From Candidatus Saccharimonadia bacterium (GTDB lineage Bacteria; Patescibacteriota; Saccharimonadia; UBA4664): a stretch of 64,000 nt of DNA. The stretch spans positions 2,410 through 66,409 of the forward strand of contig DASXHH010000014.1 in assembly GCA_036488585.1 (NCBI GenBank), written 5' to 3'. The position numbers and the translations under genes are program-made. Positions 26,425-35,227 of this stretch are shown in pieces (the first letter of the stretch is position 1; every line of letters starts with the position of its first letter). Under the pieces are notes generated by a model. The model was not told where the DNA came from, made no database searches, and saw only the letters and a program-made list of their open reading frames with translations.

Positions 26425-27390
26425 TCAAGCCTGAGCAGGATGAGATTTGAGCTCGGCAATTAGATCGGTGAGCTTGCAGGTGGCAAGGCAGATGCCCTGG
26501 TCGCCGGAGCCATAGTACACGTAGAGGTTGTTGCCGATGATGAGAGCGCCTTCGGGGAAGCAAACGTTGTTAACCACGCCGGTCTTTTCGGCCTCGGTTT
26601 CGGGGAGGAGAAGCGGACCTGGGGTGGTGGCAAGGACGTGGCTGGGGTCGGCTAGGTCTAGCAGAGCGGCACAGATGGTCCAACGAGGCTCCTTGGAGAA
26701 GCCGGAGAAAATGAAAAGCCAGCCGTCGGGGGTCTTGATGGGACGGGCGCCAACTTCTTGGTCGGTGAAGATGCCGGCGGCAGGGATTTTAAGCCAGCCA
26801 GCAGCGATTTTTTCAGGTGTCCAATCGTCGGGCTTGGTGTGGGTGAGTTGTTCGAGACTATCGAAATGGCTGAGGATTATGCGAGAGTCTGGGCCAGCTT
26901 GGTCGGCCCAGAGCAGGTTGTATTTGCCGTTGATGGGTTCAGGGAAGAGCGTGGCGGCTTTGGAGGACTGGTCGGGGCCGATAACGCCGTATTTTTGGAC
27001 AGTTTTAAAATCGGTGGTGGTGGCTAGGGCGATGCGGACCTGGAGGGGATCGTGCTGGCTAACGGCCGTGTAAAAGATGTAGTAGGTGTCGCCGAGCTTG
27101 GTGATACGTGGATCCTCGCAGCCGAGTGAATTTTCGTAAGGTTGGTCGGGTTTGATGAGAGGCTCGGGTTGGCGCTCCCAGTTAATGCCGTCCTGGCTCC
27201 AGGCTAGGCCAATCGAGGAGACGTAACGACCGGACTGGCTAGTGTTAACGTCGTTGGTGGCGCGGTAGAGCATACCGTATTGGCCTGGCTCGTGCTCCCA
27301 GACGGTGGGATTGAAGACGGAGCCGGCTTCCCACGAATGATCCGGGTTTTTCTCGAGGATCGGGTTGTGCTGATGGCGAACGAGGTTCAT
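26425..27390 (-). CDS. GH130/DUF377-like beta-propeller glycosidase or glycoside phosphorylase
   Basis: N-terminal HNPIL...W...VFNP, the GCEDPRI motif and YYIFYTA resemble GH130 mannoside phosphorylases and DUF377 glycosidases. Confidence 0.5.
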   Translation of the reverse strand: MNLVRHQHNPILEKNPDHSWEAGSVFNPTVWEHEPGQYGMLYRATNDVNTSQSGRYVSSIGLAWSQDGINWERQPEPLIKPDQPYENSLGCEDPRITKLGDTYYIFYTAVSQHDPLQVRIALATTTDFKTVQKYGVIGPDQSSKAATLFPEPINGKYNLLWADQAGPDSRIILSHFDSLEQLTHTKPDDWTPEKIAAGWLKIPAAGIFTDQEVGARPIKTPDGWLFIFSGFSKEPRWTICAALLDLADPSHVLATTPGPLLLPETEAEKTGVVNNVCFPEGALIIGNNLYVYYGSGDQGICLATCKLTDLIAELKSHPAQA

Positions 27391-27415
27391 GCCTGACTGG
27401 TTCCTGAATAATTAC

Positions 27416-27503
27416 TGGCGGAGGGGGTGGGATTCGAACCCACGGACCCTTGCGGGTCTCCGGTTTTCAAGACCGGTGCACTCGGCCGCTATGCGACCCC
27501 TCC
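27416..27503 (-). tRNA. tRNA-Ser (anticodon TGA), CCA encoded
   Basis: The revcomp folds as acceptor GGAGGGG/CCCCTCC, anticodon stem CCGGT/ACCGG, loop CTTGAAA, a long variable arm and a T-loop GGTTCGAATCC. Confidence 0.85.
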
Positions 27504-27584
27504 ATAATGCTAGTGTATCCTAAGCGTAAGGATTATATACTTTCGCCTCGAGTTGGGCCATAATATAGCACAGAGGGAGCCATT

Positions 27585-28232
27585 ATGGCAGACGAAACGC
27601 CAACACAAGTCGAGTCGCAAGCAGCGGAGCCAGCTTTGGCGCCAGAGTCGCAGCCGGCAGAACAAGAGACAGCGGCGCAAGATGTGACGGCTGAACCCAC
27701 CGGGCCAACGGAGGCGGCGCCCACAGCAACCGAGTCTGCGGCGGCTCCGGATGAGCTGGAAGAGGCACGGGCCAACGAGGTGGCGTTTAGTTGGCAGGCT
27801 TCGGAGTACGTGCATCACCACAAGGGCCCGGAATGGTATGCGGCCCTGGCGGGTGCGCTAGCGATTTTGATTTTAGCGGCGGTGTTGTTGCATTTGTGGG
27901 TGGAGATCGCGTTGTTTACAGCCATGGGTGCGGCGGTGGCGGTGTACGCGCACAAGCCGCCGCGCACGCTCACGTATGAGCTGACGCCGCAGGGTGTTAC
28001 CATTGAGGGTAAGCAATATCCATTTGACGACTTTCGGTCGTTTGGGGTGGTGAAGGATGAAGAGTGGCACACGATTGACCTCGAGCCGATGAAACGACTG
28101 GCGCCGAGGCTGTCGGTGCTTTTTGACCCTGAGGATTTTGACAGTGTCGTGGGACATTTGGAGCTGCACTTGCCCCGAGCTGATCGCGACCCAGACCCGA
28201 TCGAGAAGCTGAGCCGCTACCTGCGGTTTTAA
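27585..28232 (+). CDS. hypothetical membrane protein (acidic Ala/Pro/Glu-rich N-terminus, two TM helices, about 90-aa C-terminal domain)
   Basis: The ORF has the RBS AGGGAG. TM helices are ALAGALAILILAAVLLHLWV and IALFTAMGAAVAVYA. Confidence 0.5.
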   Translation: MADETPTQVESQAAEPALAPESQPAEQETAAQDVTAEPTGPTEAAPTATESAAAPDELEEARANEVAFSWQASEYVHHHKGPEWYAALAGALAILILAAVLLHLWVEIALFTAMGAAVAVYAHKPPRTLTYELTPQGVTIEGKQYPFDDFRSFGVVKDEEWHTIDLEPMKRLAPRLSVLFDPEDFDSVVGHLELHLPRADRDPDPIEKLSRYLRF

Positions 28233-28285
28233 GGCTTTATTTTTGGCGGTAATTATGCTAAAGTCTGGTGGTGTTCGCGTAATTT

Positions 28286-28362
28286 GCGCTTGTAGCTCAG
28301 TGGATTAGAGCATCAGCTTGCGGTGCTGGGGGTCGCAGGTTCGAATCCTGCCAAGCGCACCA
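28286..28362 (+). tRNA. tRNA-Arg (anticodon read as GCG; A20 in D-loop), CCA encoded
   Basis: Acceptor GCGCTTG/CAAGCGC, D-arm GCTC-AGTGGATTA-GAGC, anticodon stem TCAGC/GCTGG (one G-U pair), loop TTGCGGT and T-loop TTCGAAT. The GCG anticodon is unusual, so the isotype call is tentative. Confidence 0.7.
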
Positions 28363-28370
28363 GTAATTAT

Positions 28371-28398
28371 TTAAAAGAGGCCCTAAGGGGTCTTTTTG
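28371..28398 (+). terminator. probable intrinsic terminator after tRNA-Arg (imperfect GC hairpin then T5)
   Basis: aaaaGAGGCCCtaaGGGGTCttttt. The stem has one bulge. Confidence 0.4.
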
Positions 28399-28648
28399 TT
28401 TGGCGAGGGCGGTGTTCGGTGACCGGAAAAACGGTGAGATAGTGCGCCTAGATGGCAGAATCGATTTTGCAAAAACTGTCCAAAGCGCAAGGAGCATCGT
28501 GAAAATAAGCGTAAGTTGTTTGCACCCTTATAAGGGTATGGGCATTGAGGGAAGATATGCTGGGGCGTTTGAGCTGTAGCGATTTTTTTGGAGTTTAGGG
28601 TTGGCGCTTGAGCTGAAGCGAATTTGTTGGTAATTTAAGTTGGTTTAT

Positions 28649-28738
28649 GGAGAGGTCGCATAGTGGACTAGTGCGGCGCACTCGAAATGCGCTGAGGTCG
28701 CAAGGCCTCCGTGGGTTCGAATCCCACCCTCTCCGCCA
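28649..28738 (+). tRNA. tRNA-Ser (anticodon CGA), CCA encoded
   Basis: Acceptor GGAGAGG/CCTCTCC, anticodon stem GCGCA/TGCGC, loop CTCGAAA and a long variable arm. Confidence 0.85.
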
Positions 28739-28740
28739 TG

Positions 28741-28771
28741 AGAAACCCCGGGTCAGTGCCCGGGGTTTTTG
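28741..28771 (+). terminator. intrinsic terminator (CCCCGGG-TCAGTG-CCCGGGG then T5)
   Basis: Perfect 7-bp GC stem followed by TTTTT. Lies directly after tRNA-Ser(CGA). Confidence 0.8.
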
Positions 28772-28909
28772 CGTTATTTCGATTTTGATAATTTTAAGCA
28801 AAAGCGTTTTTTCATGGCGGGGATTCGGTAAGCGTAAGAATTTTACGGTCTGGTCGCAGTCTTTGGCCCGAACGTGTTTTTGAAAATTCCACCCAAAGAC
28901 GATTTGGCT

Positions 28910-29734
28910 CTAGGGCCGGTTGGACTGGAGCTTAATGATGAGCGCGGTTTGTGCTTGGGAAGCGGCGAGGTTACCGAGTTCGCTATAGATCTTAGCTAGT
29001 AAGGTACGAGCTTCGAGGTTCGTGGGGTTGAGTGCATTGGCGGTGGCCAGATAATCGACGGCCTCGGTGAGGGCGGCGCGAGTGTGCTGGGAGTAACGGA
29101 TGTGGCCCAGGAGGAGGTCGCGCTCGTATGAGGTAGGGGATTTTACCAGAATGGCGCTTGAGCTGCGTAGAAGCCCTGTGGCGTACAGCTCGGCAGCGAG
29201 TGCAAGGTTGGCCGATTGAGCGCGGGTAGCGGCTTGGGCGACCTCTGGTGAGGTTAGGCGGGGCATGAGAGCGGTGGCGTCGGCAGTGCGACCGGCGACG
29301 TCGTAGGCCAAGCTGGCCAGCAGTAGGTCGTCTTGGGAGCAGCCGGGAGTTGTGAGTGGGATGGCAGCGGCAGCGGCGTCGGAAGTGCGGCCGAGTTCAA
29401 GCAGAGTGCGCACACGTAGCTCGTCTACCTCACTCCCCCGCCCTGCGTGCTGGAGGCTGGCCAGGGCGGCCTCGGGTTGGCCGGCGGTGATTTGGGTGCG
29501 GGCCAGGTTTGTGTAGGCGGCGGTGTTGTGGCGGTCGAGCCAGGTGGCGAGCAGGTAATCGGTAGCGGCTTCGCCGGCGGGCGCGCTACTCGCCTCCCCT
29601 ACTAGCGCGGCTGATTCATGGTGAGCAGCGGCTAGCGTGAGCGGCCAAAGCGTAGCCAGTCCGGCGCTAGAAGCCAGAATGGCGACGACGGCAAAGACGC
29701 TAAACTTAGTGCTCGAGGGCTGCGAGTTGCTCAT
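28910..29734 (-). CDS. secreted tetratricopeptide-repeat (TPR) protein
   Basis: Signal peptide plus several 34-aa Ala/Leu-rich repeats (AYTNLARTQITAGQPEAALASLQHA...). It overlaps the valS 3' end by 29 nt. Confidence 0.6.
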   Translation of the reverse strand: MSNSQPSSTKFSVFAVVAILASSAGLATLWPLTLAAAHHESAALVGEASSAPAGEAATDYLLATWLDRHNTAAYTNLARTQITAGQPEAALASLQHAGRGSEVDELRVRTLLELGRTSDAAAAAIPLTTPGCSQDDLLLASLAYDVAGRTADATALMPRLTSPEVAQAATRAQSANLALAAELYATGLLRSSSAILVKSPTSYERDLLLGHIRYSQHTRAALTEAVDYLATANALNPTNLEARTLLAKIYSELGNLAASQAQTALIIKLQSNRP

Positions 29735-32270
29735 TTAGTTTCGATAGTAGCATGAGCGTTTCCTCACGACGATCGCGGGTGTCTTGGACAACTTGGGCGG
29801 GTGCGGACTTCACGTAAGCTTCGTTGGCCAGGCGGGCGGCGAGGGATTCCAGGTAGGCCTGTTTTTCGGCGCGCTGCTGCTCTAGTCGGTGCTTGCGGGC
29901 GCCTACCTGTTCGGGCGTGGCCGCGATCCAGGCCGGGGTGGTCGTGCTGAGGTACAGTCCACTCCCCTGCTCTGCATGTTTCAACTCAGCTGCCCTGGCG
30001 AGGCGGGTGATTAGTTCGGAGGATTTGGCGAGTGTGGTGTCGGTGGTGAGAATGGTGGGCTTAGCGAGTTGCTCTTCGGCGGTGATGGTGCGAACAGCTT
30101 GGACGACAGCCTTTAACGCATCAAATTCGGCGGCGTGTCTTAGTAATTCGGAGGATGGTTTGACTGCCTGGGGCCAGGGTGCGGCAATGAGTTGGCCGTC
30201 TTTGGCGGGCATGGCCTCCCAGATGGCTTCAGTAACGAATGGTGCCATCGGGTGGAGAATGGTGAGGATAGTACTGAGGGTATGGTAGAGTATGTTCGGA
30301 TTTTGTTCAACTTTGGAGGCTTCGATGTACCAGTCGGCGAAGTCGTCCCAAAGTAGTGAATAGATAAGCTGGCCGGCCTCGGAGAAGCGGTAGTCATCAA
30401 TGGCCTTGGTGACCTCGCGGACGGTGTCGTTGACGCGGGCGAGCATCCAGGCGTCGGCTGGGGTTTTGGGCTCAGGACGGGTAGGGGAGTAGTCGTCGGG
30501 GAGTTGGGCGAGGGTGAAGCGAGCCACATTCCAGAGTTTGTTGCAGAAATTGCGGTAACCCTCTACGCGCTTTTCTTCGAAGCCCTGGTTCATGCCGGCG
30601 GTGCGATTGGCGATGAGGCCGAGGCGCATGGCGTCGGCGCCGTATTTTTCAATGAGGGGTTGGGGGGCGATGACGTTACCCTTGGATTTGGACATTTTTT
30701 TGCCGTGGGGGTCGAGGACTAGACCGTGCAAGTAGACGGTGCGGAAAGGGACTTCGCCGGTGACGTAGAGGCCGAGCATAATCATACGGGCGACCCAGAA
30801 GAATATGATGTCGGCACCGGTCTCCATAACCGAGGTAGGGTAGAACCGCTGGGAATCTGGACTGGGGAATTTGAGCGTGGCGAGCGGCCACTGTCCGGAG
30901 CTAAACCAGGTGTCGAAGGTGTCGGAGTCGCGGCGGTAGGTTTTGCCGTGGCGGATGAGGGTATCGGATTGCTCGTGGATGTCGATCACGATGTCGCCAT
31001 CCTCCGAGAAGAAGGCGGGAATCCGGATGCCCCAGACGATCTGGCGCGAGATGTTCCAGTCGCGAATATTCTCGAGCCAAGTCGCGAGCACGCGGGTCTT
31101 GGACTCGGGGACGATGCGAACCTGACCGTCTTCGATGGCGCGCATGGCATCGGCAGCGAGGGGCTTCATGCGGACGAGCCATTGATCGATCACGAGTGGC
31201 TCGATAACGGTGCCACACTTGTAGCAGTGGCCGACGGAGTGGGTGTAGTCTTCGGTTTTGATGAGGGCATCGGCAGTTTCGAGGGCTTTCACGACTGCGG
31301 CGCGGGCTGCGGCGACGGTTTGGCCGCGGAACTCGGCTGGGGCCTCGACGGTAATCTTGCCGTCGGTGCCAATGATCTGGATGTGCGGTAGATTGTGGCG
31401 CTCACCGATTTCGAAGTCGGTGGGGTCGTGGGCGGGCGTGACCTTGACGGCGCCGGTGCCGAAGGCCGGATCGACGGCAGTGTCGGCAACCACCGGAATG
31501 AGGCGGTTGGTGATCGGCAGGCGTACCATGCGGCCAACCAGGTGCTGGTAGTGGTCGTCGTCTGGGTGGACGGCCACAGCGGTGTCGCCGAGCATGGTTT
31601 CGGGACGAGTGGTGGCGACCTCAATAGCCTCTTCGGATCCCTCTACCGGGTAGCGCAGGTGCCAGAGGTGGCCGGCGTCTTCCTGGTAGGTCACCTCGAG
31701 ATCGGAGAACGAGGTGCCGTGGAAGGTACAGTAGTTGACGATGCGCTGGCCGCGGTAGAGTAGGCCGTCGTCGTAGAGTTTCTGGAAGGTTTCGTAGGCG
31801 CGACGGATAACGTGTGGGTCGAGGGTGAACGTTTCGCGCGTCCAGTCGGCGGAGGCGCCGATGTGGCGCTGCTGGTCCTCCATGCTGGACTTGTTGGCTT
31901 GTACGTAGTCCCAGATTTGCCGGTATAGCTCTTCGCGTGAGAAGTCGAAGCGGGATTTACCCTTGGCGTTAAGTTTGCGCTCGAACACCACTTGAGTCTC
32001 GAAACCGGCGTGATCGGAGCCGGGTAGGAACAGGGCGGCCTTGCCGTTCATGCGGGCGTAACGGATGAGAATATCCTCGATGGTGGTGGAGAGGGTGTGG
32101 CCGAGGTGCAGGTCATCGTTGGCGTTGGGCGGCGGCATGAGGATGGTGTAGGCTGGCGCTTTGGGGTTTGAACTGGGCTGAAAGGCACCGGACTGCTCCC
32201 ATTGCTTATAAATACGGCCCTCGTATTTAGCAGGGTCGTAGGCTTTATCGAGCTCAAATTGTTTCTTCAA
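29706..32270 (-). CDS. valS: valine--tRNA ligase
   Basis: HIGH motif (PPPNANDDLHLGHTL), KMSKS (KMSKSKGN), the CP1 editing region and a C-terminal coiled coil. 854 aa. Confidence 0.95.
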   Translation of the reverse strand: MKKQFELDKAYDPAKYEGRIYKQWEQSGAFQPSSNPKAPAYTILMPPPNANDDLHLGHTLSTTIEDILIRYARMNGKAALFLPGSDHAGFETQVVFERKLNAKGKSRFDFSREELYRQIWDYVQANKSSMEDQQRHIGASADWTRETFTLDPHVIRRAYETFQKLYDDGLLYRGQRIVNYCTFHGTSFSDLEVTYQEDAGHLWHLRYPVEGSEEAIEVATTRPETMLGDTAVAVHPDDDHYQHLVGRMVRLPITNRLIPVVADTAVDPAFGTGAVKVTPAHDPTDFEIGERHNLPHIQIIGTDGKITVEAPAEFRGQTVAAARAAVVKALETADALIKTEDYTHSVGHCYKCGTVIEPLVIDQWLVRMKPLAADAMRAIEDGQVRIVPESKTRVLATWLENIRDWNISRQIVWGIRIPAFFSEDGDIVIDIHEQSDTLIRHGKTYRRDSDTFDTWFSSGQWPLATLKFPSPDSQRFYPTSVMETGADIIFFWVARMIMLGLYVTGEVPFRTVYLHGLVLDPHGKKMSKSKGNVIAPQPLIEKYGADAMRLGLIANRTAGMNQGFEEKRVEGYRNFCNKLWNVARFTLAQLPDDYSPTRPEPKTPADAWMLARVNDTVREVTKAIDDYRFSEAGQLIYSLLWDDFADWYIEASKVEQNPNILYHTLSTILTILHPMAPFVTEAIWEAMPAKDGQLIAAPWPQAVKPSSELLRHAAEFDALKAVVQAVRTITAEEQLAKPTILTTDTTLAKSSELITRLARAAELKHAEQGSGLYLSTTTPAWIAATPEQVGARKHRLEQQRAEKQAYLESLAARLANEAYVKSAPAQVVQDTRDRREETLMLLSKLNEQLAALEH

Positions 32271-32442
32271 TGTGACTCCTCTGAACGTTGTCGTTATGTG
32301 GCGAGGGTCGGGTCGCCGGGTTGTTTGTTGGTATAAGTGTAGTGGTTTGAGGGGGAAAAGGACAGGTTAAGCGGAATGATGGCGTATACTTTTTTGGCGA
32401 GGCAATGCTGTTAAATGGCCGACCGAGGAGAAGGAGGTGGCT

Positions 32443-32805
32443 ATGGACAGCGAGGAAAGGCAGCTCATCAGACAATGGCTTCAAGGCCGGCGGGTACAGG
32501 ACTGCCAGGGGTGTCCCAGAAAGGACATTCTGGCGCTAGACCGCGAAGACCAGGAAGTACTGGTGTATAAATATGGCCTGGTACAGATGGGGCGGGCCAT
32601 CGGCTATCCAGTCGAGGACATCGTTCGAACCAACGATTCGGTGGGTAGGCGCTTCGGTATAAATAGCCGGCAAGGGTCACATAGGCGTGTAGCGGTGGCC
32701 ATGCGGCGCCTGATGTGGCGCCGCAACGGCACCAGATTGCCCGAGGTGCTGGCAAGTTTTATGCACTCGGCCCCGGAGGGCGCCGATGAGGAGCCGAGCG
32801 GTTAA
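32443..32805 (+). CDS. hypothetical protein (120 aa), possibly HTH-containing
   Basis: Strong RBS GGAGG 5 nt before ATG 32443. There is weak resemblance to an HTH segment. Not recognised further. Confidence 0.35.
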   Translation: MDSEERQLIRQWLQGRRVQDCQGCPRKDILALDREDQEVLVYKYGLVQMGRAIGYPVEDIVRTNDSVGRRFGINSRQGSHRRVAVAMRRLMWRRNGTRLPEVLASFMHSAPEGADEEPSG

Positions 32806-33168
32806 ACATGAGGCCGGGATTGCGTGATAAGCGTAATCCCGGCCATAGTTTTGACAGGATGGCAAATTAGTGTTATCGTTTAACATCTATGAAACCCACG
32901 GGACTGGCAATGATCTCAACCGCTGTAAAGCGTAACCTCCGGTACAAGCCGGCGTTGAGCGTGCGCCCTCGGTATTACGACCTGTCGATCGAAGAACCGT
33001 CTCAGCCGACGGCAGGGGATACGATGGCCAACGCGCTGCGGCTGTACGTGGTATTGCGCAAGCTGTGGCGCAAGGGTTTGCCGCAGGAAAACGGGGTGCT
33101 GTACGCGAAGGTGAAGGGTGAGTTTGTAGAAGTAAAGCTGACGCGTTCCAAGTTTTAGCTACTCGCGT

Positions 33169-33197
33169 CTTGACATAGGCATGGGTTGAGTGTACAA
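33169..33197 (+). promoter_or_regulatory. consensus promoter (TTGACA-17 nt-TACAAT) for the LPXTG protein gene
   Basis: TTGACA at 33169-33174 and TACAAT at 33192-33197. Confidence 0.5.
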
Positions 33198-33235
33198 TCA
33201 CAAATTCTTTTGTTAACCGCGCGGGAATTAATGCC

Positions 33236-33718
33236 ATGACAAAGGCAAACGCACATAAATTGGGATTAATGACGGTGGTGGCAGGCTTGCTGCTGGTGGC
33301 CGATGCTCAGGCGGATGGTACGCAGGCGGTGGCTCAGCCAACGCCTTGCATCACGCCTCCGGGCGCGATCTATTCAGTGAACTGCGCCGGCGTGAATGCT
33401 CAAGGCGGTGTGTTGGGCGACAACACCTCGGAGCCAGCTGCGTCTGGTACGCCGAGCGCTACACCCAGCCCGTCCCTGACGCCGGGTACGATGCCCTCGC
33501 CGGAGGCTAGCGCCACGCCGGTATCTGGTAGTGGTAGCGGATCGAATTTGCCGGATACCGGCGCCATGACTGCCATTAGTGGCGCGATTGGCCTGGGCGC
33601 GATTGGTTATGCTGGGCGCATGTATTGGAAGCGCCGTCAGTTAGCCAATCAGCCGGTGCGACCGCAACGAATGCAATCCGACCCTGAAGTGCTCGAAATT
33701 GCTAAAATAAGCGTATGA
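33236..33718 (+). CDS. LPXTG-motif cell-wall-anchored surface protein (sortase substrate)
   Basis: Signal peptide, a Ser/Thr/Pro-rich region, then LPDTG followed by a hydrophobic segment and a KRRQ tail. This is the canonical sortase sorting signal. Confidence 0.7.
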   Translation: MTKANAHKLGLMTVVAGLLLVADAQADGTQAVAQPTPCITPPGAIYSVNCAGVNAQGGVLGDNTSEPAASGTPSATPSPSLTPGTMPSPEASATPVSGSGSGSNLPDTGAMTAISGAIGLGAIGYAGRMYWKRRQLANQPVRPQRMQSDPEVLEIAKISV

Positions 33719-34659
33719 CAAAAACTGCCCAGGAAGCGATTGAGATTTTGCGCCGTGGTGGGGTGGGCGTAATCCCGACTGACACCGTTTATGGACTGGT
33801 GGCGCGAGCGGCCGACCGAGAGGCGGTGAAGCGGCTGTACGAACTGAAGAACCGCGAGCACAAGCCGGGCACGGTGGTAGCGGCCAGTGCGAAGCAGCTG
33901 GTGGAGCTGGGTGTGCCGGTAAAATTGGTGCAGCGGGTGGAACACCTATGGCCGAATCCGCTGTCGGTGGAGATGCCATTGGGCGATGAGTTGGACTATT
34001 TGCATCAGGAGACCGGCCGACAGGCCTTCCGGGTAGTGGCCGATGAGCGGTTGCGGACAATATTGGAGCAGACCGGGCCGCTGGTGACCTCGAGTGCCAA
34101 CAAGCCGGGTGAGCCGGGCGCGGCCAATCTGCAGGAAGCGGTCGATTATTTTGAGAATCGGGTGGATTTTTACGTTGATGGGGGCGATTTGTCGGGAAGG
34201 GCGCCGTCGACGATTATTCGCGTGGTGGCCGACCAAATTGAGGTGATTCGCCAGGGCGCGGTGGAAGTGAGTGCGCGTGGGGGAATGCATTACATTGCGC
34301 CGAGCCGGCGTGATTGCGTATTTTGCCGCAGCAACGGGCGCTTGAAGGGCGAGGTGATTGTGGCTTCAGACGGGGCTTATGTGATTGAGGCGGCGACGGT
34401 GCCGGGCCACTATTTGATTATTCCGGAGACACACGTGGAGACGCTGATGGAGCTACCGGATTCGTGGTGGGCGGAGGTGAAAGAGCTGCTACCGCAAGTG
34501 CCAGGGTTGCCGGATAACTATAATTTGTCGATTAATATTGGGCGCGAGGCTGGCCAGACATTGGGTCATCTGCACTTTTGGGTGATCCCGCGAGCGGCTG
34601 GACAACCTTCGAGCGGCAAGGGTTTTGCAAAGCTAATTTACGAGGCTGACCAGGCCTAG
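33715..34659 (+). CDS. tsaC: L-threonylcarbamoyladenylate synthase (TsaC/YrdC domain) fused to a C-terminal HIT (histidine-triad) domain
   Basis: The YrdC motifs are IPTDTVYGLVARA, KNREHKPGTV, SSANKPGEPG and RAPSTIIRV. The HIT motifs are CVFCR and LGHLHFWVIPR (H-x-H-x-H-x-x). Confidence 0.75.
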   Translation: MTKTAQEAIEILRRGGVGVIPTDTVYGLVARAADREAVKRLYELKNREHKPGTVVAASAKQLVELGVPVKLVQRVEHLWPNPLSVEMPLGDELDYLHQETGRQAFRVVADERLRTILEQTGPLVTSSANKPGEPGAANLQEAVDYFENRVDFYVDGGDLSGRAPSTIIRVVADQIEVIRQGAVEVSARGGMHYIAPSRRDCVFCRSNGRLKGEVIVASDGAYVIEAATVPGHYLIIPETHVETLMELPDSWWAEVKELLPQVPGLPDNYNLSINIGREAGQTLGHLHFWVIPRAAGQPSSGKGFAKLIYEADQA

Positions 34660-34742
34660 TTCAGCCTATTTACTAAAGTGTAGTAATATGGTATGGTTGC
34701 ACGGCCTGTTGCGAGGTACGCAACACGAGCCATGGAGTCTTC

Positions 34743-35156
34743 ATGTCGAACCCAAGCGGCACGGCATGCCGGTTTGATCCGCTGTCCGATGGGACGGTTC
34801 CGGCTGGCGAGGTGCTAGCAACGGTGACCGGGAGTGACGGCGGATATCTCATCCAGGCTGGTCGCTTCGTGGACGGCGAGCTGGTGCTCGAGGCCGGCCA
34901 CTACCTGGCATTCCCGAATCGTCACGTACCCCGGACAGGGGACGTGCCTGGATGGAGCGACGTGATGGAGACGTTGCTTGATTACATTCCTGAATTTCAC
35001 GGCCTCAAGTCTGGCAACCGACCGGATCACTCGACGTATGAACTGCATGGTGCGGCCATGGGCCGCACGGTGCCCGGACACGGGCACACGCACATCTTGA
35101 TCGGCACGGCCGCGGACATGGCGACGAAGTTCGCCGCGGTGCAGATCAAGGCGTAG
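34743..35156 (+). CDS. stand-alone HIT-family protein
   Basis: Histidine-triad motif HGHTHILIG near the C-terminus. 137 aa. Confidence 0.5.
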   Translation: MSNPSGTACRFDPLSDGTVPAGEVLATVTGSDGGYLIQAGRFVDGELVLEAGHYLAFPNRHVPRTGDVPGWSDVMETLLDYIPEFHGLKSGNRPDHSTYELHGAAMGRTVPGHGHTHILIGTAADMATKFAAVQIKA

Positions 35157-35227
35157 CCCCGATACCTCAAAAAAATAACAGGCGGTCCCCATTCGCATGT
35201 GCGGATGGGGACTTTGCTGTTTAGCGA

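Noticed and set aside
28286-28362. Alternative isotype for the tRNA called Arg(GCG)
   Set aside because: I tried alternative anticodon-loop registers (which would give TGC-Ala or CGG-Pro). Only the register giving GCG yields a 5-bp stem, a 7-nt loop and U33, and A20 fits Arg identity. The call stays tentative pending tRNAscan-SE.
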